From positions 1 to 64,000 of the IMG/VR virus record IMGVR_UViG_3300042453_003743: a stretch of 64,000 bases of DNA, one strand, 5' to 3'. This document shows positions 49,853-59,401 of the stretch, in pieces. The stretch is from a virus. Within the stretch, counting starts at the first letter, position 1; each line of letters opens with the position of its first letter. The translations under genes and the position numbers were made by a program. Under the pieces are notes generated by a model. That model searched no databases. It had not been told where the DNA came from and was given only the letters and a program-made list of their open reading frames with translations.

Positions 49853-50500
49853 TTAATCTCCGAAAGTAAAGGTTGAGTAAGGGAATACACCATCAGGGAG
49901 AGTTTGCATGGTTATACTATAACCAACCTCAAATTGACCACTACCATTACTTAGCACAAATTGCGAATCGTCTTGTGACTGCTTATAAACGATATCAATA
50001 TTATTATTTTTAGTATTGATTTTTTCGTAGCTGTATGTAAATAGTTCTGCAGTTATGACGTATGAATACAATTTTCCAAGGGGATATAGTGGATTTTCAT
50101 GTTCGACAAAATTTATTTCAAATAAAGATTTGGAAAGAGGAAAGTATATCAAATCCCCTTCTCTTGGCCTAGTTAATGTAACGTCATAATTTGATATTTG
50201 CTGCTTAAATCTTCGTCGTGCTAAAAGTAAATTTATTTTGTCTTTAATTTCAACACCAAATTGTGTTATTATATCCGTTCCCTCAAAACCTTTATAAGAT
50301 AAAATATACATTTCAACTGTATAAGTTTTTTCAAAAGAAGAAGCGGGATCTTCTCCAAAAATTTTATCAATGTTGAAATATTTTCTAGGAATATAAAGGC
50401 AATCCTGACCAGTTGCTTTTATCAATTCAACAGTGATATCCTCTACCAAATCTTGTTCGGAGTGTCTTTTTGTTAGATTTAGGTATGGATTTGTCGCCAT
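49853..50500 (-). CDS. gp14: Neck protein gp14 (conserved N-terminal part), 215 aa
   Basis: 'NPY', 'EQ.LVED...E.I...G.D..YIPR', 'FGED', 'RPREGDLIYFPL...LFEI.FVEHE.P.Y.LGK', 'ELF.YS.E'. Confidence 0.93.
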   Translation of the reverse strand: MATNPYLNLTKRHSEQDLVEDITVELIKATGQDCLYIPRKYFNIDKIFGEDPASSFEKTYTVEMYILSYKGFEGTDIITQFGVEIKDKINLLLARRRFKQQISNYDVTLTRPREGDLIYFPLSKSLFEINFVEHENPLYPLGKLYSYVITAELFTYSYEKINTKNNNIDIVYKQSQDDSQFVLSNGSGQFEVGYSITMQTLPDGVFPYSTFTFGD

Positions 50501-50503
50501 TTA

Positions 50504-51331
50504 TTATCCTATTAAGGGATCAACCGGTAGCTCTTGTGTTTTCAAGAGTGTTGCTTCTATTTCAGCAAGTTCTCTTACTGCATCCGACATCATTGCACCG
50601 GCATTTAACTGGGCTCCACCCGGCAAAGGAATTCCAGAAAACTTCATCAAATTTTGAGCCCACTGTTTTTTAAGAATAGCAGAAAAATATAATTTAAAGA
50701 CACGATCATTCCATATGTTTGGGTATTTTTCTGGATCTATTTTAACATATGTTTCTAAAAGAATATATTTTGTGCTAGAAAGTTTTGTATAGTCTGTTTC
50801 TAAGAAAAGCCTATTTGTTGTTTTGGTGTAAGTATAAGACATTGGATAATTAAAAATATTATCAACGTTGTTTATATAAGACATGGCTTCTATGTAAGAA
50901 GCCAGCGGTGCCATTGGATAACCAGTTTGATTAAAGTATATTCCAAAAAAATCAAATAAAGTCATCTGATATCTTAAATCAAACATGTAGTCCCCAATAG
51001 GATGGCTGGGTGCATATACTTTGCTAACAGTTCTTATGTCTTGCGCTCTTGGCCAATAGCCAGTAGATCCGTCTGCAAACGTTCTTAACTGAGCACCAAT
51101 TGCATCACCAAACGTAGAGACATCGAAAAATTTTTGAGCAATTTCTTGATTTGATACTTGGTGTGCAAACAAGGCTCTTTGATTAAAATCAAAATGCCTG
51201 TCGTACATATATTCTAGGGCTTCGTCCAAACGATCTTCAATTTGTTGGCTATCTACGTTTACCTGTATAACGGGATGCCCCAAATGTCTTAAGGTATAGT
51301 CAATAAATTCTTGTCGGTTTGCAATGGCCAT
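50504..51331 (-). CDS. gp13: Neck protein gp13
   Basis: 'R.E...Y.LR.LG.PV...NV...Q..DR..EAL', 'HFD', 'K.QW..NL.KF.G..LPGG..LN'. Confidence 0.95.
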   Translation of the reverse strand: MAIANRQEFIDYTLRHLGHPVIQVNVDSQQIEDRLDEALEYMYDRHFDFNQRALFAHQVSNQEIAQKFFDVSTFGDAIGAQLRTFADGSTGYWPRAQDIRTVSKVYAPSHPIGDYMFDLRYQMTLFDFFGIYFNQTGYPMAPLASYIEAMSYINNVDNIFNYPMSYTYTKTTNRLFLETDYTKLSSTKYILLETYVKIDPEKYPNIWNDRVFKLYFSAILKKQWAQNLMKFSGIPLPGGAQLNAGAMMSDAVRELAEIEATLLKTQELPVDPLIG

Positions 51332-51336
51332 AGAAA

Positions 51337-51344
51337 TATTTATG
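51337..51344 (-). promoter_or_regulatory. Late promoter CATAAATA
   Basis: 5 nt before the gp13 ATG. Confidence 0.7.
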
Positions 51345-51368
51345 AAATTTGTATGACCTGTTTACCTA

Positions 51369-51764
51369 TTAAGTTTGGTTAGCTGCACCGTTGATTGTGA
51401 CTTCTACAAAATTTAACTCTTCTTCTGGCATTTTTTCTATCAGCGTTTTTCTTTCAGAAACTACATTTGGATCGTAGTTTGTAAATCCAGGCATTTGAAG
51501 AGGACAATTTAATTTGGGATAATCCAATTTAGAATAATTTTGATTATTTTTTAGTAACCATGTATGAGGGAAATCACCGCACCCACACTTACCACAATAA
51601 TGCATTTCACCATATTGGCTTTTTTTTAAAAATTCACAGGCCGAAATTTCTTTGTGCCCAAAACAAGAAACGGCCCTTAATTTTTTTGTTAATAAATCTG
51701 CTTTTGTATTATTTAATCCCCTAGAAGCTACAGACATAGCCAAAGACACAATTTTATCTAACAT
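51369..51764 (-). CDS. Cys-rich hypothetical protein, 131 aa
   Basis: 'SCFG....C..L.....HYCGKCGCGD...WL......SKLDYP.LNCPL.MPGF.NY' suggests metal binding. Confidence 0.7.
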   Translation of the reverse strand: MLDKIVSLAMSVASRGLNNTKADLLTKKLRAVSCFGHKEISACEFLKKSQYGEMHYCGKCGCGDFPHTWLLKNNQNYSKLDYPKLNCPLQMPGFTNYDPNVVSERKTLIEKMPEEELNFVEVTINGAANQT

Positions 51765-51766
51765 TA

Positions 51767-52402
51767 TTATACGCTCCTATAAACTATTACACTTCCTGCT
51801 GAAAATACGTATTCTCTTAAAAATGAATCGAAAGACAATAAATTATAATATTCAGAAGAATCTACTTCTATTGTTATAAATCCAGGAGAACTTGTGTGAA
51901 CAAAGACATCAGTTACCGATATGCCAAGCAACGTTACCAACAAATACTTTATAGAATCTTCTGTTCCTTTTTTGTTTGTAAACTCTTCTTTTGCTTTTAA
52001 AGCAAATTTTCTTATATTTTTACGTATGGATGCTAGAGGCTCTTGTGAAAAATCTGCATTAGGAAAATAATATTCAGCAACAGCCTCTAAAAAAATAGAA
52101 TTACAGTAAATTGGTACTCTTAAGTTTTCCCACTCCAATTGTGCGCCGTATCCTTGATCGATACTTAAAAGCCATCTTAAATAATTTTTTATAATAGGAA
52201 CTACCAAAACGTCACTGGGATTTGTTTCATATTTTTTTATTATCCAATTTGGAAAAAGAGATTCGATTGTAAGATCATCTCCTAAAAATTTAAATCCTTC
52301 CACGTTATAAAATTCCGAAGCATACAAAGTTTTGGCCTTTTCGACCATTTTTTCAATTTTATAACTTTCAGTTACTGGAATGTTATTGAATAATAATATC
52401 AT
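51767..52402 (-). CDS. Short baseplate wedge protein, gp7-like
   Basis: Follows gp6; 'YLRWL', 'KKGTE.SIKYL...L.G' resembles the gp7/tail protein I motif. Confidence 0.6.
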   Translation of the reverse strand: MILLFNNIPVTESYKIEKMVEKAKTLYASEFYNVEGFKFLGDDLTIESLFPNWIIKKYETNPSDVLVVPIIKNYLRWLLSIDQGYGAQLEWENLRVPIYCNSIFLEAVAEYYFPNADFSQEPLASIRKNIRKFALKAKEEFTNKKGTEDSIKYLLVTLLGISVTDVFVHTSSPGFITIEVDSSEYYNLLSFDSFLREYVFSAGSVIVYRSV

Positions 52403-53469
52403 AAGCTATAAGTTATTTTTATGCCAGCTGGGGCTTTATCAGCTAAATATGCCATAAGGGATGTTTGACCACTGACGCTTAATCCAGTAACATATATCTT
52501 TACTTCTCCGGGCAAACCGCTTGTCACTGTTATTTTTGTAAGGTCATCCGTGCCAGATATATTTGATGCTAAAATTGCATTTTTATAATCATTTATCGTA
52601 ACACATCTTTCATAACCAGTTACTTTAAAATTTAATCTATTTTTTGCTTGTTTGAGGTCTAAAAGATCGTAACCTCCAGCTGGAGAGTCGGTAGTCCCAA
52701 AACTAATGTCTGATCTCGCATTTATAACAGCGCTATTGCCAATACTCCCATTTGACTGTATTCCGGTCACCGTTACTCTATATCTTGTAGTGATGTCCAT
52801 TGCTGTGGGCAAATTGGTTGTAACTACATACCCAAGATTGCTGTTTTTGATTACATAATGTTTATTATTTGTTGTTGTTACTTTTGAAATGTTTGTAACT
52901 TCTGTCCACAATTCAGTTGTATTTGTATACGTATCAGTAACAGTAAAAGTTACTGTTTCTGGATCTATAGTATAAGGTATTTCAATTGATTTGGTGTTAT
53001 AGTCATACTCATTATATGAATACACTAAACCAGAATAAAGGGATTCGGTGACACTCGTATTTGGCAAAATTTTATTTTTATTGAAAAAATAAATTTCAGA
53101 ACCTTTAGTCGTAGTGGCTGTAAAAGTTGAATAAGCTTCTAACGTAATACCACCAGTAGTGATTGTTCTTGTTGTTTTTGCTGTTTTTGTTGGTTCAAGC
53201 AATACCTGAGAATTTGATGCAATACCCAGCAAGCCATTCAAATTTGTGCACGTTGAAGCAAATGTGTTCAGATAGCCATATTGTGCATAAACTCCATTGT
53301 AAGCGGTCGCAGTGGCAAGTATGTTTATCAACATGCTTATAGCACTAGCAGGATTATCATAATCTAGATCAGAAATATCATCTTGTTTTTTAAAAAAAGA
53401 TATTAATGAAGATTTTATATTATTAAAATCAAGAGAAGCTACATTTAATTTTTTAAGATCATAAGCCAT
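52399..53469 (-). CDS. gp6: Baseplate wedge gp6 (short form); start reassigned to 53469
   Basis: 'LNV..LDF..IK.SL..F', 'D.DY...', 'LA..T.YN', 'R.VT..DY'. Confidence 0.85.
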   Translation of the reverse strand: MAYDLKKLNVASLDFNNIKSSLISFFKKQDDISDLDYDNPASAISMLINILATATAYNGVYAQYGYLNTFASTCTNLNGLLGIASNSQVLLEPTKTAKTTRTITTGGITLEAYSTFTATTTKGSEIYFFNKNKILPNTSVTESLYSGLVYSYNEYDYNTKSIEIPYTIDPETVTFTVTDTYTNTTELWTEVTNISKVTTTNNKHYVIKNSNLGYVVTTNLPTAMDITTRYRVTVTGIQSNGSIGNSAVINARSDISFGTTDSPAGGYDLLDLKQAKNRLNFKVTGYERCVTINDYKNAILASNISGTDDLTKITVTSGLPGEVKIYVTGLSVSGQTSLMAYLADKAPAGIKITYSL

Positions 53470-53849
53470 TATATTTCTACCTCGACAAAACAAGACGATT
53501 TGTTTTGATTGTGAATTTTAGTCATTGTAGTATAGTCAACTTTAAATTCAATGTTTGAATCAGTAAAAGATAAAATATTTACACTAACATTTGTCAAATA
53601 GTATATTTGTGAATGTATATCTGCAGCCAACTTTATTTGAACAACTCCAGCATCTATTTTACCACCAAATATATAATTAAAATAATCTGATCCTAAATTT
53701 TTATCACCAGGCAATTCTCCTTTTTGAGTCTTTGCAACTTGCTCTACATATTGGCTAATTGCATTAAAACCAGTAACAAACCCCACATCTTTTTTTGATG
53801 ATGGTGTATTCAATTTTTTAAGTGTAATTTCAAAATCTTTAATAGCCAT
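53469..53849 (-). CDS. gp25: Baseplate wedge gp25-like; start reassigned to 53849
   Basis: 'AI.Q.......T..GE.P....GS' motif; precedes gp6; own TATAAATA at 53855-53862. Confidence 0.7.
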   Translation of the reverse strand: MAIKDFEITLKKLNTPSSKKDVGFVTGFNAISQYVEQVAKTQKGELPGDKNLGSDYFNYIFGGKIDAGVVQIKLAADIHSQIYYLTNVSVNILSFTDSNIEFKVDYTTMTKIHNQNKSSCFVEVEI

Positions 53850-53854
53850 CAAAA

Positions 53855-53862
53855 TATTTATA
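53855..53862 (-). promoter_or_regulatory. T4 late promoter TATAAATA
   Basis: Exact consensus, 5 nt before ATG 53849. Confidence 0.72.
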
Positions 53863-54669
53863 TCAAATATATGTTGCGCCCAAATCACCTATTTGGGATA
53901 GAGAAAGCGAAGCTTCGTGGCTTGTTGGTGTTGCTACGTGTTTTATTCCTACAATATAATAATATCCATTCGTATAAGAATCGGTTTCTGCATAAGGATA
54001 ACCGCTGGCCGCATTTACATTTAAGTAAACAAGTTGTCCCAATTTTAAACTAAAATCACCAGCAACAGTAACATCAATTTTCTTTGCATATTTTAAAGCA
54101 TCTAAAAATTCTGCTCTATCAACTGGAGTTTGCTTTGGTGTGTTCCAAAATGTTGCATTATTGAGTCTTAATTTTGCGTATGCTTCAAACATAGGACGTA
54201 TTTCTGGGCAAGCGCAGCTATAGTCAGCACCGGGGGACCCCCATATACAACCTTGCCAATCGCCTCCGAGTTTATCCGTTATTTGCACACATTCTACGGA
54301 GTTATCATCAAAGTATGAGTCAACTCCATCTTCATAACTTATTAAATCTGGTGTTTCTGGAACAGTGGTTGCCCCTTTCCATAGTGTATAACTTTCTGTT
54401 GTTGCTCCAGTCGGGCCAGCAGAGCCACTCGGTCCACTTGCACCAGTTGGTCCAGTTGTTTTTAAAAAACCCAAATCTTTTGCTATATTTTTTATTGTTG
54501 GAAATTTTTCAAAACATTTATCTAAACTTTCAGGTATAGAAGTTGCACCACGATTTAAAAATGCATTGGCACACTCATAAGTTCCCTTGGAAGTTACTGG
54601 ATAGAAAGCTTCTTGAGAATAATTTGTACCATACGTTTTAATTTGTTTTGGTTCAGCTTTTTTTGCCAT
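53863..54669 (-). CDS. Baseplate hub-like protein, C-terminal part (268 aa); start reassigned to 54669
   Basis: Ends with 'V.VAGDF.L..G..V......NGYY.I..IKH......H...L' typical of gp27-like hub C-termini; purine-rich GAGAG upstream of ATG. Confidence 0.6.
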   Translation of the reverse strand: MAKKAEPKQIKTYGTNYSQEAFYPVTSKGTYECANAFLNRGATSIPESLDKCFEKFPTIKNIAKDLGFLKTTGPTGASGPSGSAGPTGATTESYTLWKGATTVPETPDLISYEDGVDSYFDDNSVECVQITDKLGGDWQGCIWGSPGADYSCACPEIRPMFEAYAKLRLNNATFWNTPKQTPVDRAEFLDALKYAKKIDVTVAGDFSLKLGQLVYLNVNAASGYPYAETDSYTNGYYYIVGIKHVATPTSHEASLSLSQIGDLGATYI

Positions 54670-54680
54670 TTTATTCTCTC

Positions 54681-56696
54681 TTATAATACAGGCCCACCAC
54701 CGCCGGGCTCCTCTCCGCCACCTTCGGGACCAGTGCTTCCAGTCCCCCCAGTCCCCCCAGTACCACCCGTACTTCCTGTTGTTCCAGTCGTTTCGCAGCA
54801 ACCATCTACAACATTTTCGACTGTGAAGTAGTATACATAATTTTCTCCATCAGAGTGTTTACAGAGCCTCACAATGTGAAATATATTTTCTGCTGGGAGC
54901 AGATTTGCAGTTTTTGCTCCCACTGGTCTAAAATAAAAATTATCTGGTAAACAAGAGTCTACCCAACCCGGAGGAAGATAAGTTCCGGTGATCCCACGTT
55001 CATTTAAATTAATTGCCCAACTTTCATCTTGGGTTGCAGATGATTGAAGACCACTATCCAGTGCCCATTTTTCTATTTGATGGTAATAAGTCCCCCCGGT
55101 ACTTCCAGTTGGTCCAGCTGGTGCTCCAACTATAGGAGGACCCTGACCAGTAGATCCTGTGGTGCCCGTTACACCCGGATCATAAACCAATTTTGACCAT
55201 TTATATCTGTATTTTTTTGCGTTAGCCTTTGTTCCGCTTACTGGTGTCACATTATCAATTTCATATCTTTGCAATAGGGCAAAGAAACAATCTTCCCGAT
55301 TTCCCATACAACACAATGAATACATTATAAAATTTTGAAGCTCTATATCTCTAATTTTTTGCAATCTATCTTTTGAACCTTTTATTTTAGATTTAAAAGC
55401 CTCATATCGTATATCCAATACTTTTGATAAGTTTGTTGCTGCTGTGCTGGATGAACCATCTGGATAATTTGGATGGACTTCAGTCATATCAAACATATTT
55501 TTCCACATATCTGCCGTATCCACATAAGGCATTATTCCAGTAAGTCCCATCAAAGGAAGCCCTGCGTAAGGTGCGTCTAGACCGAATTGATTACTTATGT
55601 GATTTAAATAATTTTCAGAGTTTACAGCATCTAAGTCTGTATAAAATCCCCAGTGGGAATCATAAACCAATTGATCTGCTCCAGGTATGCCTTGTGTAGC
55701 TCCACCACTTGCAACCAATTCAATATTATATTTTTCTCCTTCATCTTGGAACTGAAAGGCCAAGGCTTTTATTGCATAAGATTCGTCAGCTCCCGTACCC
55801 GTTGGTTTTAAATCTAAAAACTTAGGAGTTTTTTTGATGTAATAATAATTTTTAGAAATGTATTGAAACCCAGGATTACTTAATACGGCATATGCTTTTC
55901 TATAAAATTTATCATCAGATAAACGACGAACTACATCATCGCCATCATATACGCCTATTCTTCCGTAATTTGAATCAATTGTGGAAAATGAAGGATCGTC
56001 CGCAGGAATTCTGTGAAAATATTTAAAATTAATTTTTGACTGCAAATCGGTCCAAAATAAAAAATTAGGTTTTTTATTTACTAAATCTACAGCATACGTA
56101 GAAAGATAGTTTAAATACTGTATTGGGTTATCTGAAGGAAGGTTTTCTCTAGTCCCAATAGCATTTAAGGGTTTGTATAACACAAAATTTGATGTTTTAT
56201 CTACAGTTCCTAACCCACCAACAGATCCAAAACTTTTTTGACTTATTTCTTCTACAAATTTATCAATAATTTCAATTACAGGTTTTTTATAACCCAAATC
56301 TTCAATTAAAGATGTATTTTGAGCTGTTTTATATATTTCAGTAGAAAAATATATTCCAACAAAATTTTCTTCCGTATCCGATGATGCATTATTCAAATAA
56401 CTGGCTGAAGTTATTACAAACTTATAATCTGGTTGCGGAGTATCAAACAAAGATACAACTATTTTTGTTATTTCAAATTGCAATATTCTACTAAGAATGT
56501 CTTTTCTATCTTGAACAATAAGAACACCATTTGGAAAAACATCATTAATGTTTTCCACCATTTCTATTCTTTCAAATAAACATTCTGTATTGGATTTTGT
56601 TATATCGACAGATTCACTCCCATCATCATTTGTTAAAAATATTCCGCTAATATTGGAATATGCTGGATTAAAATTTGGTCTGGAAGTATTAGGCAT
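54681..56696 (-). CDS. Baseplate hub-like protein, N-terminal part, 671 aa
   Basis: Follows gp53; 'E.I...FP.G.L.V.D', 'P...LNYL...A......FLFW......F' resemble hub N-termini; Gly/Thr tail. Confidence 0.55.
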   Translation of the reverse strand: MPNTSRPNFNPAYSNISGIFLTNDDGSESVDITKSNTECLFERIEMVENINDVFPNGVLIVQDRKDILSRILQFEITKIVVSLFDTPQPDYKFVITSASYLNNASSDTEENFVGIYFSTEIYKTAQNTSLIEDLGYKKPVIEIIDKFVEEISQKSFGSVGGLGTVDKTSNFVLYKPLNAIGTRENLPSDNPIQYLNYLSTYAVDLVNKKPNFLFWTDLQSKINFKYFHRIPADDPSFSTIDSNYGRIGVYDGDDVVRRLSDDKFYRKAYAVLSNPGFQYISKNYYYIKKTPKFLDLKPTGTGADESYAIKALAFQFQDEGEKYNIELVASGGATQGIPGADQLVYDSHWGFYTDLDAVNSENYLNHISNQFGLDAPYAGLPLMGLTGIMPYVDTADMWKNMFDMTEVHPNYPDGSSSTAATNLSKVLDIRYEAFKSKIKGSKDRLQKIRDIELQNFIMYSLCCMGNREDCFFALLQRYEIDNVTPVSGTKANAKKYRYKWSKLVYDPGVTGTTGSTGQGPPIVGAPAGPTGSTGGTYYHQIEKWALDSGLQSSATQDESWAINLNERGITGTYLPPGWVDSCLPDNFYFRPVGAKTANLLPAENIFHIVRLCKHSDGENYVYYFTVENVVDGCCETTGTTGSTGGTGGTGGTGSTGPEGGGEEPGGGGPVL

Positions 56697-56697
56697 A

Positions 56698-57549
56698 TTA
56701 AATATATTTTGCTGTTACAAATAGGCTTTTAATTCTTCCCGTTACTGACTTATCAAATGCTTTTATTTCTTTTGAAGAACTGTTAAGATAATCTTCTAAA
56801 GTTGCAATATCTGATGATGATGTATTGCCAGATCCAATAAGAACTGGTTCTAGGGATGCAGCATCAAATCCTTTTGGTGGTGCATTGCCAGTCAATTTTG
56901 TTTGATTTACATATTTTCCGGTAGTTGAATTAAAAAGAGTTAATGTTCTAGATGTAGACGGTACGATAGAACTTGAATATAGTAATTTTTGAATACCATA
57001 AGATCCCCCATCATTTGGATATATTACCACATAAGAACCGCCCGTGGTCCCTTCTGTTAATATAGTACCATTTTTTTGTTTTTTGGTTATCATGGAGTCG
57101 CTTGAATAAAATTCATCTTCAATTAGTGTAAATGCTCCCTCTATGTTAAAATTTCCAACTGAGGAAAACGATGCTGAATTTCCGCTGTTTGCTGTATACT
57201 GTAAAATTATACTACCTTTGGGAAATACATAACTAGTTGTTCCCGATAAATCACCCGCAAATCCTACACTAAATTTACCAGCTTCATTTTTTTTAAAAAC
57301 CGTTGCATTTGGTGGTGATATTTTAAACGGATTTATTTTATTATTTGCTAAAACAAAAAGCCAAAATGAATCTGGATTATCATATATTCTGTTAGATGCC
57401 TCTACTAAGGTAGTTCTGTCATCCAGTTCCACATTAGTTTTTTCAAAAGTAATATTATACGGATCAATATAAGTAAAAAAATCAGAAATAGAAAATGATC
57501 CTATGGTAGATTCAAAAGAAATTTTTGGTAAATTATCATAGTATTTCAT
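56698..57549 (-). CDS. gp53: Baseplate wedge gp53
   Basis: 'MKY...LPKI', 'S..IY..PD.FWL..L.N..INP'; follows gp48. Confidence 0.75.
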   Translation of the reverse strand: MKYYDNLPKISFESTIGSFSISDFFTYIDPYNITFEKTNVELDDRTTLVEASNRIYDNPDSFWLFVLANNKINPFKISPPNATVFKKNEAGKFSVGFAGDLSGTTSYVFPKGSIILQYTANSGNSASFSSVGNFNIEGAFTLIEDEFYSSDSMITKKQKNGTILTEGTTGGSYVVIYPNDGGSYGIQKLLYSSSIVPSTSRTLTLFNSTTGKYVNQTKLTGNAPPKGFDAASLEPVLIGSGNTSSSDIATLEDYLNSSSKEIKAFDKSVTGRIKSLFVTAKYI

Positions 57550-57565
57550 TTTTTACACTCTAAAA

Positions 57566-58384
57566 TTATTGATTCATCGCAGAAATTTCAGACTTAGAAT
57601 ATACGCCACCGGAACCATAACTGTCTGCGCCTCCTGGAACGTAGGTGCCAGTTTCAAATTCGGTAAACTGCAAACCCAGTAACGTCACAGATGACGTGCC
57701 GTTAGGTAAATATCTGACAACCGGATCTGCATTATCATTTCTTTTTACCATGACAGTATTTAGAACACATACTAGGGGTTCACCCAACCAGTCTGCGGTA
57801 AGATCATCTTCATTACCAAATCCAACTGCGCCATTTCCTTTTGTAATTTTTAAAGACCATAAACTTTGTGGATATGATCTTTCTGGTAAATTTGAAGCAA
57901 GAACCGGATATGAAGACTTTCTAAAAGAACCAACAATCTGTTCCACAGCCTCTGCCTCATCAGAGTTTTTTGGAACAAAGATGTATTGGAAAAAATACTG
58001 TTTTCTTGCTTCCGAAATCATAGACATTTCAGCTATATTGCTGAATCTTCTATAGGTTGATGTGGCAAAAACTCTTTCATAGTAAGACATAGCCGGAGCA
58101 GCCATTCTTTCAAGCTGTCTGAGAATACCACCACTCCCAGCATTTGCTATACCAGCCTTTGTTAGGATCGGACCTACGGGGTTGCTGTTGCTTTCGCCAA
58201 ATTCGTGTTGGGCAACATAACCCGGTTCTTTTGCCAACGGCAATTTTATGTGGTTAAATGCTCTAGAAATTATGTTCCAGCGAGTTCTCTGAGTATTAAT
58301 CAATGAATAGTCGGCAGCAAAAAAGTTTAACCACAGTGGTTGTTCTGAAGCATAATTGCCTAAAGGGTATTGAAAGAAAGCCAT
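57566..58384 (-). CDS. gp48: Baseplate tail tube cap gp48
   Basis: 'I.LP', 'R...F.Y.F.PKN..EA..V..I...F', 'CVL..V.V', 'L.L.F.E.E'; divergent from gp4. Confidence 0.75.
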   Translation of the reverse strand: MAFFQYPLGNYASEQPLWLNFFAADYSLINTQRTRWNIISRAFNHIKLPLAKEPGYVAQHEFGESNSNPVGPILTKAGIANAGSGGILRQLERMAAPAMSYYERVFATSTYRRFSNIAEMSMISEARKQYFFQYIFVPKNSDEAEAVEQIVGSFRKSSYPVLASNLPERSYPQSLWSLKITKGNGAVGFGNEDDLTADWLGEPLVCVLNTVMVKRNDNADPVVRYLPNGTSSVTLLGLQFTEFETGTYVPGGADSYGSGGVYSKSEISAMNQ

Positions 58385-58390
58385 TTTAAA

Positions 58391-58413
58391 TATTTAGATA
58401 AATAACCTAAATA
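58391..58413. promoter_or_regulatory. Divergent late promoters (TCTAAATA on minus; GATAAATA and CCTAAATA on plus)
   Basis: Packed into a 34-bp gap, 6 nt and 5 nt from the gp48 and gp4 ATGs. Confidence 0.72.
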
Positions 58414-58418
58414 TTTTG

Positions 58419-58838
58419 ATGGCATATAAAACAAAATATAAACCCATAAATAGGGAAAAATATGTGGGTGATATAGAAACCATTACATGCCGTTCACTTT
58501 GGGAACGCTCTGTATGCAAGTTTCTGGATGAAAATGAAAACATATTAAAATGGTCTTCTGAAGAATTGGCAATTCCATATGTCAACCCATTTGATAAAAA
58601 AATTCATAACTACTATCCAGATTTTTTAATACAATTCAAAGAAAAAAATAATTTAAAAAATTGGATAGTGGAAATAAAACCCAAAAAACAAACGCTTCTA
58701 AAAGAAAATGCATCTAAAAAAGAAAAAATTACTTGGCTAATAAATCAAGCAAAATGGAAGGCAGCTGAAGCTTATTGTTTGAAACATAATTTTGAATTCA
58801 AACTCCTAACCGAAAAAGAGATATTTTCTAATGGCTAA
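58419..58838 (+). CDS. gp4: Head completion nuclease gp4 (TnsA-like)
   Basis: 'Y.P.N.EKYVGD...I..RSLWER', 'WSSEE..IPY', 'H.YYPDF', 'EIKP..QT', 'NQAKW.AA', 'F..LTE'. Confidence 0.93.
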   Translation: MAYKTKYKPINREKYVGDIETITCRSLWERSVCKFLDENENILKWSSEELAIPYVNPFDKKIHNYYPDFLIQFKEKNNLKNWIVEIKPKKQTLLKENASKKEKITWLINQAKWKAAEAYCLKHNFEFKLLTEKEIFSNG

Positions 58839-59400
58839 TCCACAAAATTCAATATTTGAAATAAAAAACTTTTTTCAACGGCACAGCGGTTTACAGAGAG
58901 ATAATAGGTATACTGTAAGCTTTAGCGGATTGCCAACGGGCGTTCCTGCTTGGGGTGAAGAAGATTTGTATTCAATATCCACTGCTGCAGGTGCAAGAGG
59001 AATTGATGCAATTGCAGACAATCTGGCAGGCTATGGGCCAGGAAGAATTGTGCCGAGATCACAAAAATTTGTTGGTGGTATATTATTGACTTTTCCTGTA
59101 ACAAATGATAATTTTATAACTGATTTTTTTCACATATGGTTTAACAAAATTTATTCTGGTGGCAATACAAATTCTTCCTTCAATGCACCATATGTTGTGC
59201 AATACTATGACGATATAGTAAGAAATGTTAAAATGCGATTAAAAATTTTAAATCCAAATGGGGAAGTAAATAGAATAATAACATTCAATGAAGTTTTTCC
59301 AATAGAATGTATGCCGTTTGAATTTAATATGATGCAAGCAAATGAATATTTAAAATATCAAGTTTTAATGAATTATCGCGATTTTACAGTTGGAAATTAA
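58831..59400 (+). CDS. gp54: Tail tube-like baseplate-tube initiator (gp54-like)
   Basis: 'GL.R.NRY.V', 'F..W...I', 'YYDD', 'E.FP', 'V.M.YR'; gp19-family fold; synteny. Confidence 0.65.
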   Translation: MANPQNSIFEIKNFFQRHSGLQRDNRYTVSFSGLPTGVPAWGEEDLYSISTAAGARGIDAIADNLAGYGPGRIVPRSQKFVGGILLTFPVTNDNFITDFFHIWFNKIYSGGNTNSSFNAPYVVQYYDDIVRNVKMRLKILNPNGEVNRIITFNEVFPIECMPFEFNMMQANEYLKYQVLMNYRDFTVGN

Positions 59401-59401
59401 T

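Noticed and set aside
54670-54801. Trp/Arg-rich N-terminal extension of the 312-aa ORF
   Set aside because: Off-frame reading of the Gly/Thr tail of the upstream gene; better start at 54669
58419-58838. TnsA-like nuclease as evidence of a Tn7 element
   Set aside because: Matches the T4 gp4 head-completion family in its usual context; no tnsB/C or transposon ends
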